From assembly GCA_028289885.1 (NCBI GenBank), contig JAQGKX010000169.1:57817-121816 (forward strand): DNA of 64,000 nt, written 5' to 3'. The translations under genes were made by a program, and so were the position numbers. Below are positions 1-10,308 of this stretch, in pieces; position 1 is the first letter of the stretch, and each line of letters starts with the position of its first letter. This DNA comes from Sphingomonadales bacterium. Its GTDB lineage: Bacteria > Pseudomonadota > Alphaproteobacteria > Sphingomonadales > Sphingomonadaceae. The notes under the pieces were generated by a model. It searched no databases. It had not been told where the DNA came from and saw only the letters and a list, made by a program, of their open reading frames with translations.

Positions 1-719
1 CGCGTTATGTGCAGGAAGAATTGGGCGATCGGCAGGACCTGCTGCCGCTGGTGCTGCCCGACTATCCGCCTTTCGCAAAGCGCATGCTGCTCGACAATGG
101 CTGGTATCGAACGCTGCGCAAACCCCATGTCCAGCTGATCCCGGAGCGGCTGGCCAAGGTGCACGGCAGCACATTGTCCAGCGGTTCGGGCCAACAAGTC
201 GAAGCCGACATCATCATCCTCGCGACCGGTTATCAGGCATCGAACGTGCTTGGATCGTATGACGTGATCGGTCGCGAAGGCCGTGTGCTGCGTGAGTTTT
301 GGGAAGGCGACAATGCGTCGGCCTATCTGGGCACGCTGGTCCCGGGTTTTCCGAACTTCTTCATCCTGCTCGGCCCCAACGTGGGCGCGGGCCATGGCGG
401 CAGCATGATCCGCAACATCGAGAGTCAGGCTCATTATGCGATGCGCATCATCGAGATGCTGATCGCCGAAGGCGCGACGTCGGTCGAGGTGCGTGAGGAT
501 GTCTATAACGATTATGTGTCGCGGCTCGACGCGGCGCATGAGAAACTGGTCTGGACCCATCCGGGCACCGAGAATTGGTATCGCAATTCCCGCGGTCGTG
601 TCGTTGCGATCACGCCGTGGCGTAACGACAGTTTCTGGCGAATGACCCGCAAGGCCGATCCCGATGAGCTGACTTTCAGCGATGCGCGGGTTGGTGAAGA
701 CATCGAACAAACCGCCTGA
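1..719 (+). CDS. Flavin-containing (Baeyer-Villiger-type) monooxygenase, C-terminal part; truncated at window start
   Basis: Frame open from the window edge. Motifs KRMLLDNGWY, IILATGY, YLG..VPGFPNFF and NWYRNSRG are typical of the BVMO/FMO C-terminal half. Confidence 0.85.
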   Translation, partial: RYVQEELGDRQDLLPLVLPDYPPFAKRMLLDNGWYRTLRKPHVQLIPERLAKVHGSTLSSGSGQQVEADIIILATGYQASNVLGSYDVIGREGRVLREFWEGDNASAYLGTLVPGFPNFFILLGPNVGAGHGGSMIRNIESQAHYAMRIIEMLIAEGATSVEVREDVYNDYVSRLDAAHEKLVWTHPGTENWYRNSRGRVVAITPWRNDSFWRMTRKADPDELTFSDARVGEDIEQTA

Positions 720-768
720 AACCGCGCCGACAGAGCGCGGACAGGCATCAGCCAAAGGGAGAAGTGTC

Positions 769-2004
769 ATGGCAACTCTGGTCGACGTCCAGCCTTTCGA
801 TCCGTCCGCGCCTGAACTGTTCCCGGATCCCTATCCGGCCTTTGCCGAGATCAGGGAGAATGATCCGTTCCACTGGTCGAAGTTCGGTTATTGGGTGGTT
901 TCGCGCTATGATCATGTTCGCGAAGTGCTGATGAATCGCAAGGATTTCGGCACCGGAGATTTCGTCGCCAATCTGAAGCTGTTCTATGGCGCGGACTATG
1001 ACGTGATGGCGAACAGCGGTTATCGCTGGCTGTCCGAAGCGTTCATCATGCTCGATCCGCCGCAGCACACCCGCGTTCGCGGCCTCGTGACCAAATCGCT
1101 CACGGCCAAGCGCGTCCGCGGGCTGCAGGATCGCATCGGCGAAATCTGCCAGGAACTGACCGACAGCTTCATCGCCGATGGCCATGCCGATTTGATCACC
1201 CAATTCTGCTACAAGCTGCCGGTCATGGTCATATGCGAGCTGATGGGCATCGATTATCGCCACCCTGCGATGGGCCAGCTGGTCGCCGCCATCCCCGAAG
1301 CCTTTGTGGTGATGGAAGCCCGGATGCTGACGTCGGAGGAGCAGGCCATCGCGAACCGGCGGATCGACGAGCTCGAAACCTTTTTCAACGCACAGTTCGA
1401 AGACAGTCTGGTCAATCCGCGCGACGATTTGCTGACCGCTTTGGCCGAGACCAGCCGGACCCCCGACGGCCTGAGCATCCACGAAGCCACCACGGTTGCC
1501 ATCGCGCTGTTCGGCGCGGGTTTCGAGACCACCGCCAATATCATCGGCAATGGCCTTTACCGTCTGCACCGCCATCCCGATCAATGGGCGCGGCTGGTCG
1601 CCGATCCGGCGGGCCTCGCTGCCTCGACCAACGAGGAGGCGCTGCGTTATGAAAGTTCGCTCGTCGCGACCTATCGCACCGCGCTCAACGATACAGAGAT
1701 TTCGGGCCATCCGGTCAGCGCCGGGCAACGGGTACTGACGCTGGTCGGGGCCGCCAATCGCGACAGCCGCAAATTCCCCGATCCCGACACGTTCGACGTG
1801 GGTCGGGAGGGTGCCGCCGATCATATGTCGTTCGGCGGCGGCATCCATTTCTGCGTCGGTGCCGAACTCGCCCGGATCGAGGGGCGCGCGGCGTTCGAAC
1901 ATCTCGCAAGGACGTTGCCAAACATGAAGGTCGATTGGGGAAGCGCTGCTTTCCGCGAGAGTTTCCTGTTCCGTGGATTGACGAGGCTGGACGCGACCTG
2001 GTGA
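769..2004 (+). CDS. Cytochrome P450
   Basis: Heme motif FGGGIHFCVG, I-helix AGFETT, ExxR (EALR), LDPPQHTRVR. Start set at ATG 769 after AGGGAG. Confidence 0.95.
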   Translation: MATLVDVQPFDPSAPELFPDPYPAFAEIRENDPFHWSKFGYWVVSRYDHVREVLMNRKDFGTGDFVANLKLFYGADYDVMANSGYRWLSEAFIMLDPPQHTRVRGLVTKSLTAKRVRGLQDRIGEICQELTDSFIADGHADLITQFCYKLPVMVICELMGIDYRHPAMGQLVAAIPEAFVVMEARMLTSEEQAIANRRIDELETFFNAQFEDSLVNPRDDLLTALAETSRTPDGLSIHEATTVAIALFGAGFETTANIIGNGLYRLHRHPDQWARLVADPAGLAASTNEEALRYESSLVATYRTALNDTEISGHPVSAGQRVLTLVGAANRDSRKFPDPDTFDVGREGAADHMSFGGGIHFCVGAELARIEGRAAFEHLARTLPNMKVDWGSAAFRESFLFRGLTRLDATW

Positions 2005-2990
2005 TCGCCGCGACAATGCGCCACCTCGTCGGGCAGGAACTCGGACGGACCGATCTGTTCAAACTGGCCACTGCCGAAATACCCGAACCCGCCAGGGGGC
2101 AAGTGCGATTGCGCGTCGAGGCGACCGCGCTCGGCTTTGTCGACGGTCTGATCGTTACCGGCCGATATCAAATCAAGCCCGAGCTGCCATATGTCCCCGG
2201 CGGCGAAATTGCCGGTACTATCGATAGCATCGGTCCGGACGTGGATGGTTTTGCCATCGGCGACCGGGTGGCGATATGGCAATTGGGCGGGGGCGTCGCC
2301 GAGTTCGGGCTTGCCGCAGCAAAGGATTTGATCCGAATTCCCGACCGCCTGGGATCGGGTGCGGCGGCGGCGATGATCGTCGATTATCTCACCGCTCACT
2401 ATGCGTTGTTCGACCGGGGCGGTTTGAAACGCGGAGAGACAGTGCTGGTGCTGGGCGCGGCTGGCGGTGTCGGTGCGGCGGCGGTTCATCTGGCCGCGCG
2501 AGCCGGCGCTCATGTCGTCGCGGCAGCCTCGTCGCCGGAAAAACGTCAGCGGGCGCTGGCGCTGGGCGCGCGCGCCAGTGTCGACTATTCGGTTGAGAAC
2601 TGGCGCGGAAACCTGCGCAACCTGTTACCGGCCTCCGGCCTTAACCTCGTTGTTGATCCGGTGGGGGGCGCGATGCTCGAGCCGGCTTTCCGATCGCTTG
2701 CCAAAGGCGGTCGTCATCTTGTGCTCGGTTTCGCCGGCGGCGAGATAGCGAGGCTTCCCGTCAACCTCGCGCTGATCAAGAGCGCGTCGCTGATCGGCGT
2801 TGATGTCCGCCACCTGACCGAAAACGATATGCCGCGTGCCCGCGGGATGTGGCGGGCGCTTTTCGCTCAGGCTGCGGATGGCACGATCGATCCACCCGGA
2901 TATGAAAGCCATCCGCTCGCCAAGGCGGAACACGCGCTTGCCCGTGCGATGGCACGCGACAAGCGGGGAAAGATCGTCATCACATGCTGA
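2001..2990 (+). CDS. NADPH:quinone oxidoreductase / MDR family (zinc-independent)
   Basis: PYVPGGEIAG and VLVLGAAGGVG motifs. GTG 2001 overlaps the P450 stop (GTGA). Confidence 0.88.
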   Translation: MIAATMRHLVGQELGRTDLFKLATAEIPEPARGQVRLRVEATALGFVDGLIVTGRYQIKPELPYVPGGEIAGTIDSIGPDVDGFAIGDRVAIWQLGGGVAEFGLAAAKDLIRIPDRLGSGAAAAMIVDYLTAHYALFDRGGLKRGETVLVLGAAGGVGAAAVHLAARAGAHVVAAASSPEKRQRALALGARASVDYSVENWRGNLRNLLPASGLNLVVDPVGGAMLEPAFRSLAKGGRHLVLGFAGGEIARLPVNLALIKSASLIGVDVRHLTENDMPRARGMWRALFAQAADGTIDPPGYESHPLAKAEHALARAMARDKRGKIVITC

Positions 2991-3172
2991 CCGAACTTTT
3001 CAGGGCAATGTGGCGGCACAAACCCGACGACTATAAGACTTGGTGCCATCGGTAAGCAGCATATTGTTATTCTTTCGGTTTCAAACCTAGTAGGGCAGCG
3101 AACGACACCTGTTTGCAAGGCAGCCCCGGTGAGTGGCAAATCTGCGTCGTCGCAATTCAAGGAAGCACGTCG

Positions 3173-3964
3173 TTGGCAAAATTTAGGCGTCCCCAGGTCG
3201 AATTGATCGTCGGCGGCGAAAATCACGACATGAACCGGGTACGACTGGCCCTGCTCGGCATGCTCGGTCAGTATCCGCTGCTTCGTATTCGCTGTGCTGC
3301 CGATTACGGGGATGGCTTTGCACTGGGTGAGACCGATTTCCTGATCACCTATACCAACAACGTCTTTCCCGATGAGAGGTCACTCGCGGCATTGCGCGAT
3401 TTTCTGGATCGGGGCGGCCGATGGCTGGCGATCCATGGTGCCGCCGCTTTGACACAGTTCAAGCCTCCCGCAGTGGATATTGGGGGCATCATATTACCCG
3501 GCCTGACCGATACGCCCGATCTCCGACCGGACTTCATGGATCTTCTGGGTGTACGCTTCGTCTCTCATCTGACGCAGCAGTCCTACCGGATTGTCCGTGG
3601 CCCCGATGCGCATCCGATCCTCGACGGTTTTATACCGTTCGAGGTCGTTGACGAACCATATATTCTTGAACTTCGTGCACCTTGCGATGTCTTGCTCGAG
3701 GCCCGTTATACCGGCCATGCGCCCGGCTATGTCGAGGGTCCCTGGCTAGTCGATAACTCCCGACCGCAATTGATACGCCGTAACCATGGCGGGGGGGAGG
3801 TCATGTATCTGGCCCCCGGTCACGCCTGTGGTCCCTATGATTTACGTCCTTTCATTCAGGAAATTCCCGATCAGCCCGGGCCCTGGTTGACCGACGCCTA
3901 TATCGATCTGCTGAATCGGTTGATCCGGTGGGGTCTGGAAACATCGTTGGAAGAAGAAAGCTGA
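3173..3964 (+). CDS. ThuA-like (class I glutamine-amidotransferase-like fold) protein
   Basis: GGENHD, FLDRGGRWLAIH, HPI, DEPY and VMYLAPGH pattern. TTG 3173 follows AAGGAAG; start uncertain. Confidence 0.7.
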   Translation: MAKFRRPQVELIVGGENHDMNRVRLALLGMLGQYPLLRIRCAADYGDGFALGETDFLITYTNNVFPDERSLAALRDFLDRGGRWLAIHGAAALTQFKPPAVDIGGIILPGLTDTPDLRPDFMDLLGVRFVSHLTQQSYRIVRGPDAHPILDGFIPFEVVDEPYILELRAPCDVLLEARYTGHAPGYVEGPWLVDNSRPQLIRRNHGGGEVMYLAPGHACGPYDLRPFIQEIPDQPGPWLTDAYIDLLNRLIRWGLETSLEEES

Positions 3965-4040
3965 GCATGTGTGGCGATCGTTAGCCCGCCATCACTCTCT
4001 CCTCGGATCGCTTGTTACATCGGCACGGCGAGCGGCGAGA

Positions 4041-4877
4041 TCAGACGAAGTCGGTTCCGCGTGAAACTTCTGCCCAGCCATCGAGGTCGGCCCTCCGCCT
4101 GCCCAGTGCATGTTCACAAATCTCGACTGCGTCGGGTCCCAGCGCCAGACGGAGCGGCGCGCGGGGCGCGTCGATGGTGTCGAGGATTGCCCGCGCCCCG
4201 CGCGCCGGATCGCCCGGCTGGCTGCCGTCGATCGCGCCAAGGCCTGCACGGCTCTCAGCCAGTTCTCGATAGGCAGGATGTCCATGGCGGGCGACGCGGA
4301 TCGAGCGGCCCGAGAAATCGGTACGGAAATAGCCGGGCTCAACGATCATCACCCCTATATCAAAACCTTTAAGCTCTGCGGCCAACGCCTCTGACAAGCC
4401 CTCCAGCGCGAATTTGCTTGCGGAATAAAATCCTGCGCCGGGAAAAGAGCAGACGCCTGCGATCGAGGACAGGTTGACGATGTAGCCGCCGCGCGCCCGA
4501 TCGCGCAGGCCCGGCAATACAGCGCGGATCATTTTTAGCGCTCCATAGAAGTTGACGTCCATCTGATCCGCTATTTCGTCTTCGCTGCTTTCCTCGACCC
4601 CTCCCAGGAAGCCGTAGCCGGCATTGTTCACCAGAACATCGACGCCGCCGAAGGCGTCCGAACGCACGATAGCCGCTGCAATCTGCGCCTTGTCCGTCAC
4701 GTCGAGAGCAAGCGGGAGGACCCGGTCGCCATATTCGGCGACGAGATCGGCGACGCTGCCGGGATCGCGGGCCGTCGCGATGACCCGTCCACCCCGATCG
4801 AGTACCTCCCGTGCGATGGCTTTGCCAAAGCCGGAGGAGGTGCCGGTGACGAGCCACGTGCGGTCACTATACGCCAT
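4041..4877 (-). CDS. Short-chain dehydrogenase/reductase
   Basis: TGTSSGFG, NNAG, YSASK. Confidence 0.93.
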   Translation of the reverse strand: MAYSDRTWLVTGTSSGFGKAIAREVLDRGGRVIATARDPGSVADLVAEYGDRVLPLALDVTDKAQIAAAIVRSDAFGGVDVLVNNAGYGFLGGVEESSEDEIADQMDVNFYGALKMIRAVLPGLRDRARGGYIVNLSSIAGVCSFPGAGFYSASKFALEGLSEALAAELKGFDIGVMIVEPGYFRTDFSGRSIRVARHGHPAYRELAESRAGLGAIDGSQPGDPARGARAILDTIDAPRAPLRLALGPDAVEICEHALGRRRADLDGWAEVSRGTDFV

Positions 4878-4910
4878 TTTCTGTCTCCTGTGGATATGAT
4901 CGACCTGGGA

Positions 4911-6332
4911 TTAGTGGTTGAGGACACGTTCCGCGAGAACTTCCCGCGCCGAAACCTCGCCCGCAATCCGCCCGAAGGTCAGGGCATTTCCGACGCCCAT
5001 GCCGCCACCTGAATAGCGATGGCCCTGAATACAGCCAACCGTTTCACCCGCCGCGTAAAGGCCGGGGATGACCTCGCCGTGCGTGTCGCGGACGTGTGTT
5101 TCTGGATCGACATCCAGTCCCGCGCTGGTCTGGCCGATCACCGATGCGCGCACTTCGACAGCGAAAAAGGGGCGGGTTTCGATTGGGAAATAATGTGGCG
5201 CCACCTTGTCCCATTCGCGATCGACGCCGGCACGGGCATCAGTGTTGTAACGCATTGCCGTTGCGGCAAGGGCGTGGCGATCGACATGGATGAGGTCCGC
5301 CAGTTCATCGAGCGATCCCGCCGTTCGGATCTTGCCGATTTCGGCGTGCTTGCGGATCAGCGCTTCATCCCAAGTCTGGGAGACTTCGCCCGTATGATAG
5401 GGGTCTGAGAAACGCTTGTCGGCGCTTCCTTCCATCATGGTTTTCTCGTCGAAGATTGCCCAGGCGTGGGCGCGTGGCTGAGCATTGATGAGATAGCCCG
5501 ACACCGCATAAGGGGCATTTTCCGGCATGAAGCGCCTACCGTCGTCGTTGACCAACATGCACCAGGGCGGCAGGAACGCCTCGACCGAATTGGCAAGCAG
5601 TCCGGCAGAGGGCAGGACTAGTCCGGTGTCATGGCCGGTGATCTGAGCGCCGACCTGTTCGCCAAGCTTGATGCCATCGCCCAGGATAAACGGTGCGTCG
5701 TTATGCACTGCATAAACAATGTCGCCATGTTGCGCGACCGAGGGGAAGTATTTGGCGCGCATGCCGGGACTGTTGCCAAAGCCGCCAGTGGTGACGATGA
5801 CGGCACTGGCGCGCAGGTCCATTCCCGCCGCATTGACGCCGACGATGCGGCCATCCTCGACCAGCAATCGCTCGACGCGCGTGTTGAGGGCAGTTTCTAT
5901 GCCCTTTGCACCGACCTCGTTGCTCAGCAGATTGCCGATGGTGTAGCCCGCACCGACTGTGCAATGGCCGCGTGGCACGGTGTCCACGCCCGATTTAACG
6001 ACCCACTGATATTCGGCTCCGAGAGAGATCAGCCACTCCACGGCTTCCGCGCTACGATCTGACAGGGTGCGAATGATATCCGGGCGCGTTTCCCACGCGT
6101 TGAGCGTCATGATGTAGTTGAACATCGCTGCGGGCGTGTCCTCTATCCCCTGCGCCTTCTGGACGCTGGTTCCCGCAGCATAGACGACGCCCCCCGACAG
6201 CCAGGTGGCTCCGCCCAATTTGCTGTCGGCTTCCAATATGATCACCGAAGCGCCTGCCGCGTGGGCGAAGAGCGCCGCTGTCATGCCGGCTCCGCCGCCG
6301 CCTACTACAATGATATCGAAATCGGTTTTCAT
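4911..6332 (-). CDS. FAD-dependent oxidoreductase (fumarate reductase/3-ketosteroid dehydrogenase-like, FAD_binding_2 type)
   Basis: IVVGGGGAG, GGATWLSGG, TTGGFG, IPGLYAAGE, GNALTFG. Confidence 0.88.
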   Translation of the reverse strand: MKTDFDIIVVGGGGAGMTAALFAHAAGASVIILEADSKLGGATWLSGGVVYAAGTSVQKAQGIEDTPAAMFNYIMTLNAWETRPDIIRTLSDRSAEAVEWLISLGAEYQWVVKSGVDTVPRGHCTVGAGYTIGNLLSNEVGAKGIETALNTRVERLLVEDGRIVGVNAAGMDLRASAVIVTTGGFGNSPGMRAKYFPSVAQHGDIVYAVHNDAPFILGDGIKLGEQVGAQITGHDTGLVLPSAGLLANSVEAFLPPWCMLVNDDGRRFMPENAPYAVSGYLINAQPRAHAWAIFDEKTMMEGSADKRFSDPYHTGEVSQTWDEALIRKHAEIGKIRTAGSLDELADLIHVDRHALAATAMRYNTDARAGVDREWDKVAPHYFPIETRPFFAVEVRASVIGQTSAGLDVDPETHVRDTHGEVIPGLYAAGETVGCIQGHRYSGGGMGVGNALTFGRIAGEVSAREVLAERVLNH

Positions 6333-6773
6333 GGCATATCCTCTTATTTTTATGTGACTGCGACGGCTTCGGCGGGGCTTTCCCCGTCCTGCAATGTAGT
6401 GCGTTCAGGCGGATCGATGAACAAAACTAGATAGTATGCGAACTATATACGCGACTGACACTTTCGCGCAAACTGGCCAGACTACCGAATCTCGACAAGC
6501 TTTGCTGAGACGCTCGCCGCGATAAACCAAAGCTATTTGTGCGCCGAAATTGTTTTGGATTAATCACTTTTCTGGCTCAAAACGAGTGAGATAGGCCATT
6601 TTCGGCGCTTTTCAGTTATGACGCCGAGAGTGCCTACACGTCAGAAATTCGGTACTTTCATGCAACACCGCAGGTAAATCGTTCAAGGGTGATTGTGTTT
6701 ATCAGCCAGTTGAGTAACATGCGAACGATAACCCGGCGACCGATTGGGTTTTGTTTCCATTGGGGAGAATGTG

Positions 6774-9371
6774 ATGAAGTTTACTACCGCATCAAGTCGT
6801 TTTGCGCTCGCAGCCGCGATGCTTGCCGGCACCACCGGCGTCGTGCAGGCGCAGGCAGCGCAGGAAACGACACCTTCGACGACTTCGACCTCTACCCCAC
6901 CCGTCGACAATGCCGCTCCCGGTGCCGCAGCACAATCCTATCCAAATGGACAGAGTTCGGCGAACGTTGCACCAGGCCGGGCCGCACAATCCCGGGAAGC
7001 TGACAATCTTAACGGTGAAATTATTGTAACGGCACGCAAGCGCGACGAGACCTTGATCTCAGTGCCTGTGGTTGTCACGGCAATCGGCGGTCGGGAACTC
7101 GCGGCGCGCGGTATTACGAATATCGATGGTCTCGCGCGGGTTACGCCGCAGTTGCTTGCAGGTAACCAAGGCGGCGCAGTCCAGGGCGGGAACATCACCA
7201 TCCGCGGTGTATCTGGTCCCGATCAGAATCCTTTCGGGGATCAGGCGGTATCGTTCAATATCGATGGCGTGCAGGTCGCCAAAGCGACCGTCCGTCGCAT
7301 GAGCGATTTCGATATCGGGCAGATCGAAGTGCTCAAGGGTCCACAGGCGCTGTTTTTCGGCAAGAACTCACCAGCCGGTATCATCTCGATCAGTACTGCT
7401 GATCCAACCCGCGTATTCGAAGCAAAGGTATCGGCGGGATATGAGTTTAATGCGCGCCAGGTCCGTACCGAGGGCTATGTCTCTGGACCACTGAGCGATA
7501 CTTTGGGATTTCGGCTTGCCGGCGTCTATTCGGACATGAAGGGTGACCTCAAGGACCTTACTCCGATCGGTTCACCTTATGCCCCAAACAACGATCGCAA
7601 TCCGAGCTACAAGGACTGGGCACTTCGCGGCACTCTGAAATGGAATCCCAGCAGTGAATTCGATGCCAAGCTGAAAGTATCTTATGGTCAGCTGCACGGC
7701 GATGGTCCCGCATCCGGCACCGCTTTCACGAGTTGTCCGCAGGGCGCGCGCTTCACGGGCAGTGGCATCAATCAGTGCAATACGAACGATGGCGCGAACT
7801 CTAATGCAGGTTATGGCAAGTTTCTCGCTGGGCTGGGCGGGACGTTAAACCATTTCCGGGCGGACGGGAACAATTTCAACAAGCAGAATCAATTGCTAAG
7901 CGGTCTTGAAATGAACTGGCATCCGACAGATGCAATTACGCTAACGTCGGTGACAGGTTACTATAAGGTCACGGTCGATCAGTGCCAGAATTACGAGAAT
8001 GATTCTGCAATTTTGCTGCCAAGCTGCAATATTTATAGCGACAAGGAGTTCTCGCAAGAGTTCCGTTTCAGCACGGATTATGAAGGCCCCGTCAACTTTA
8101 CCGGCGGTGTCTACTATAGCGACGTACGTGCCGCGACCGGGTCAATCACGTATCTATTCGGGGGTGCAGGTTCGGTGCTTAACCCGGCCGATCCGACTTT
8201 CTATGGCAGCCCGACAAATCCTGCCCTCATCAATAACTATTTCTTGAAACAGCACGGCAATGCTTATTCGGCATATGCGCAAATCAGCTACAAGCCGGTC
8301 GAAAAGGTCGAGATCAACATCGGTGGACGCTATTCCTACGAAAAGAAAAAGCTGACCAGCGTTCGTTTTACGCCCGGCCTTTCGGATGGCGCATTCAGCG
8401 GCAGTTATCTGCTCGACAATTATACGCTGGATGCCTCGACGGAAGTCAGCGACGTCATCCTGCCGCGTGCCAATCGTAGCGATAGCTGGAAAGACTTTTC
8501 GCCGGAAATCACGGTGAGCTATCGCCCAAGTCAGCATCTCACGGTTTTCGCTTCATATAAGCACGGGTTTCTTTCAGGCGGTTATAATGCCGGGTCGGTC
8601 AGCTTTGGCACGCCAGCAGGTTGCACTGCGGCCAGGCCGGACCTCTGCCTGAAACTTTCCTACGATCCGCAGACGATCAAGGGCTTCGAAGGCGGAATCA
8701 AGGCCGAACTGTTCGATAATACGCTTAGAACGAACCTGTCGGCCTATACTTACAGCATCAACGACCAGCAGGTTTCCAATGTAATCAACGCTACCAATAC
8801 TATCAGCAATGCAGGTGGTGCGAAGGTTCAGGGCGTGGAATACGATTTCAATTATCGCACGCCGCTACAGGGCCTCAGCGTAAACGGAGCCGCTTCGTAC
8901 AATAAGGGTAAGTACACCTCTTATCCCACGGCACCGTGCTATGGTGGCCAGACCGCGGCGAACGGATGCGTTGGCGGCCTCCAGGATCTCGGTGGTACGG
9001 AACTGATCCGTGCCCCCAAGTGGAACTTGAGCAGCGGTTTTAACTTCGAGACACCGGTTGGTGACAGCGTGAAGTTCGCCGTGAACGGCAATGTCGCCTA
9101 TGTCAGTAGCTATCTGACGGACTCCTCTTCGGCCCCAAATGGCCGTCAGCCAAGCTATACACTGTTCGATGCGACAGCGCGGATCGCCGGAGCTGACGAC
9201 CGGTGGGAACTGGCCCTTATCGGACGTAACCTGACCGACAAATACTATATCGTTGCGAGCAGCCTGGTGCCCTTCGCCGCAGGACCTCCAGGGGCGCTGC
9301 TTGACCGTTTCAGCACGCTCAGCCGCGGACGGGAAATAATGCTGCGCGCATCGTTCAAGTTCGGCGGATAA
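6774..9371 (+). CDS. TonB-dependent outer-membrane receptor
   Basis: Signal peptide, TonB box EIIVTARKR, plug motif IEVLKGPQALFFG, terminal beta-strand ASFKF. Confidence 0.95.
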   Translation: MKFTTASSRFALAAAMLAGTTGVVQAQAAQETTPSTTSTSTPPVDNAAPGAAAQSYPNGQSSANVAPGRAAQSREADNLNGEIIVTARKRDETLISVPVVVTAIGGRELAARGITNIDGLARVTPQLLAGNQGGAVQGGNITIRGVSGPDQNPFGDQAVSFNIDGVQVAKATVRRMSDFDIGQIEVLKGPQALFFGKNSPAGIISISTADPTRVFEAKVSAGYEFNARQVRTEGYVSGPLSDTLGFRLAGVYSDMKGDLKDLTPIGSPYAPNNDRNPSYKDWALRGTLKWNPSSEFDAKLKVSYGQLHGDGPASGTAFTSCPQGARFTGSGINQCNTNDGANSNAGYGKFLAGLGGTLNHFRADGNNFNKQNQLLSGLEMNWHPTDAITLTSVTGYYKVTVDQCQNYENDSAILLPSCNIYSDKEFSQEFRFSTDYEGPVNFTGGVYYSDVRAATGSITYLFGGAGSVLNPADPTFYGSPTNPALINNYFLKQHGNAYSAYAQISYKPVEKVEINIGGRYSYEKKKLTSVRFTPGLSDGAFSGSYLLDNYTLDASTEVSDVILPRANRSDSWKDFSPEITVSYRPSQHLTVFASYKHGFLSGGYNAGSVSFGTPAGCTAARPDLCLKLSYDPQTIKGFEGGIKAELFDNTLRTNLSAYTYSINDQQVSNVINATNTISNAGGAKVQGVEYDFNYRTPLQGLSVNGAASYNKGKYTSYPTAPCYGGQTAANGCVGGLQDLGGTELIRAPKWNLSSGFNFETPVGDSVKFAVNGNVAYVSSYLTDSSSAPNGRQPSYTLFDATARIAGADDRWELALIGRNLTDKYYIVASSLVPFAAGPPGALLDRFSTLSRGREIMLRASFKFGG

Positions 9372-9398
9372 TTCCGTCCACGGCATAACGAGCAAGCG

Positions 9399-9425
9399 AC
9401 CTGCGGCACGGAACGTGTCGCAGGT
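9399..9425 (+). terminator. Stem-loop downstream of the TBDR (weak terminator or mRNA-stabilising hairpin)
   Basis: ACCTGCGGCACG-GAA-CGTGTCGCAGGT, a 12-bp stem with one G-U pair. The U-tract is short. Confidence 0.5.
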
Positions 9426-9446
9426 TTAGCAGTAGGAAAGGTGAAA

Positions 9447-10298
9447 ATGGCGCATATTCTGGTTATCGGTGGCGCGGGCGGCCTCGGTCTTGCAGTGACT
9501 GCGGGACTGCTCGCCAGGGGCGATAAGGTTTCGATCAGTGTCTTGAATGCATCGGAAGAGGCCTCCGCACGGGCGGCGGTTCCATCGGTTGCCGCTGTTC
9601 ACCAGCTCGATCTGGGACAGGCAAATCGCCTCCTCGAGCAACTGACGGCAATAATCGCAGCTGGCGACCCAATCGACGGCGTGATCGTTTGCGCAGCGAT
9701 AGCGCCGCTTGGACCGCTTGAGACAACGCCGATCGACACGATCCGCCGAACGCTCGAGATCAATTGTACGTCGGGTGTCGCAATCTATCAGGCGGCGTTG
9801 CCAGCACTTCGCAAAACTGCCGGGCGGCTCGTGTTCGTTTCGTCCATGGCGGGGATCGCTGGCATGCCGTTTATCGGCGCTTATGTAGCGTCCAAATTTG
9901 CGCTGGAAGGCGCAGTCGATGTCATGCGTCGGGAAGCGGCGCCGCAGGGTGTAAAGGTGGTGCTGGTCGAACCGGGCGCGATCAAGACGCCAATGGTCGA
10001 TGCGCAATTGAAGGAGGTCGCCGATCGGCTTGCCGGTCTTGGGGCCGAAGAGAGCGCGCTTTATGGTTATCTCTACAAGGCGTTCAAGGTGATGGCCGAA
10101 CAAAGTCATTATGAATCATCGTCGACTGCGGACGCTATCGCCCAAACGGTCATCGAAGCCTTCACGGCAAAAGACCCCGCGCCACGTTACATTGCCGGTG
10201 ACGATGCCAAACAGTTGATCGCGATGGCAAAGGGCGACGACGCTGAACTCGATCAGGCATTTGCGACCATGTATGCGCAGGCAGCCGCTGCGGCCTGA
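9447..10298 (+). CDS. Short-chain dehydrogenase/reductase
   Basis: IGGAGGLG, YVASK, VEPG. Confidence 0.92.
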   Translation: MAHILVIGGAGGLGLAVTAGLLARGDKVSISVLNASEEASARAAVPSVAAVHQLDLGQANRLLEQLTAIIAAGDPIDGVIVCAAIAPLGPLETTPIDTIRRTLEINCTSGVAIYQAALPALRKTAGRLVFVSSMAGIAGMPFIGAYVASKFALEGAVDVMRREAAPQGVKVVLVEPGAIKTPMVDAQLKEVADRLAGLGAEESALYGYLYKAFKVMAEQSHYESSSTADAIAQTVIEAFTAKDPAPRYIAGDDAKQLIAMAKGDDAELDQAFATMYAQAAAAA

Positions 10299-10308
10299 GG
10301 GATCGGAC

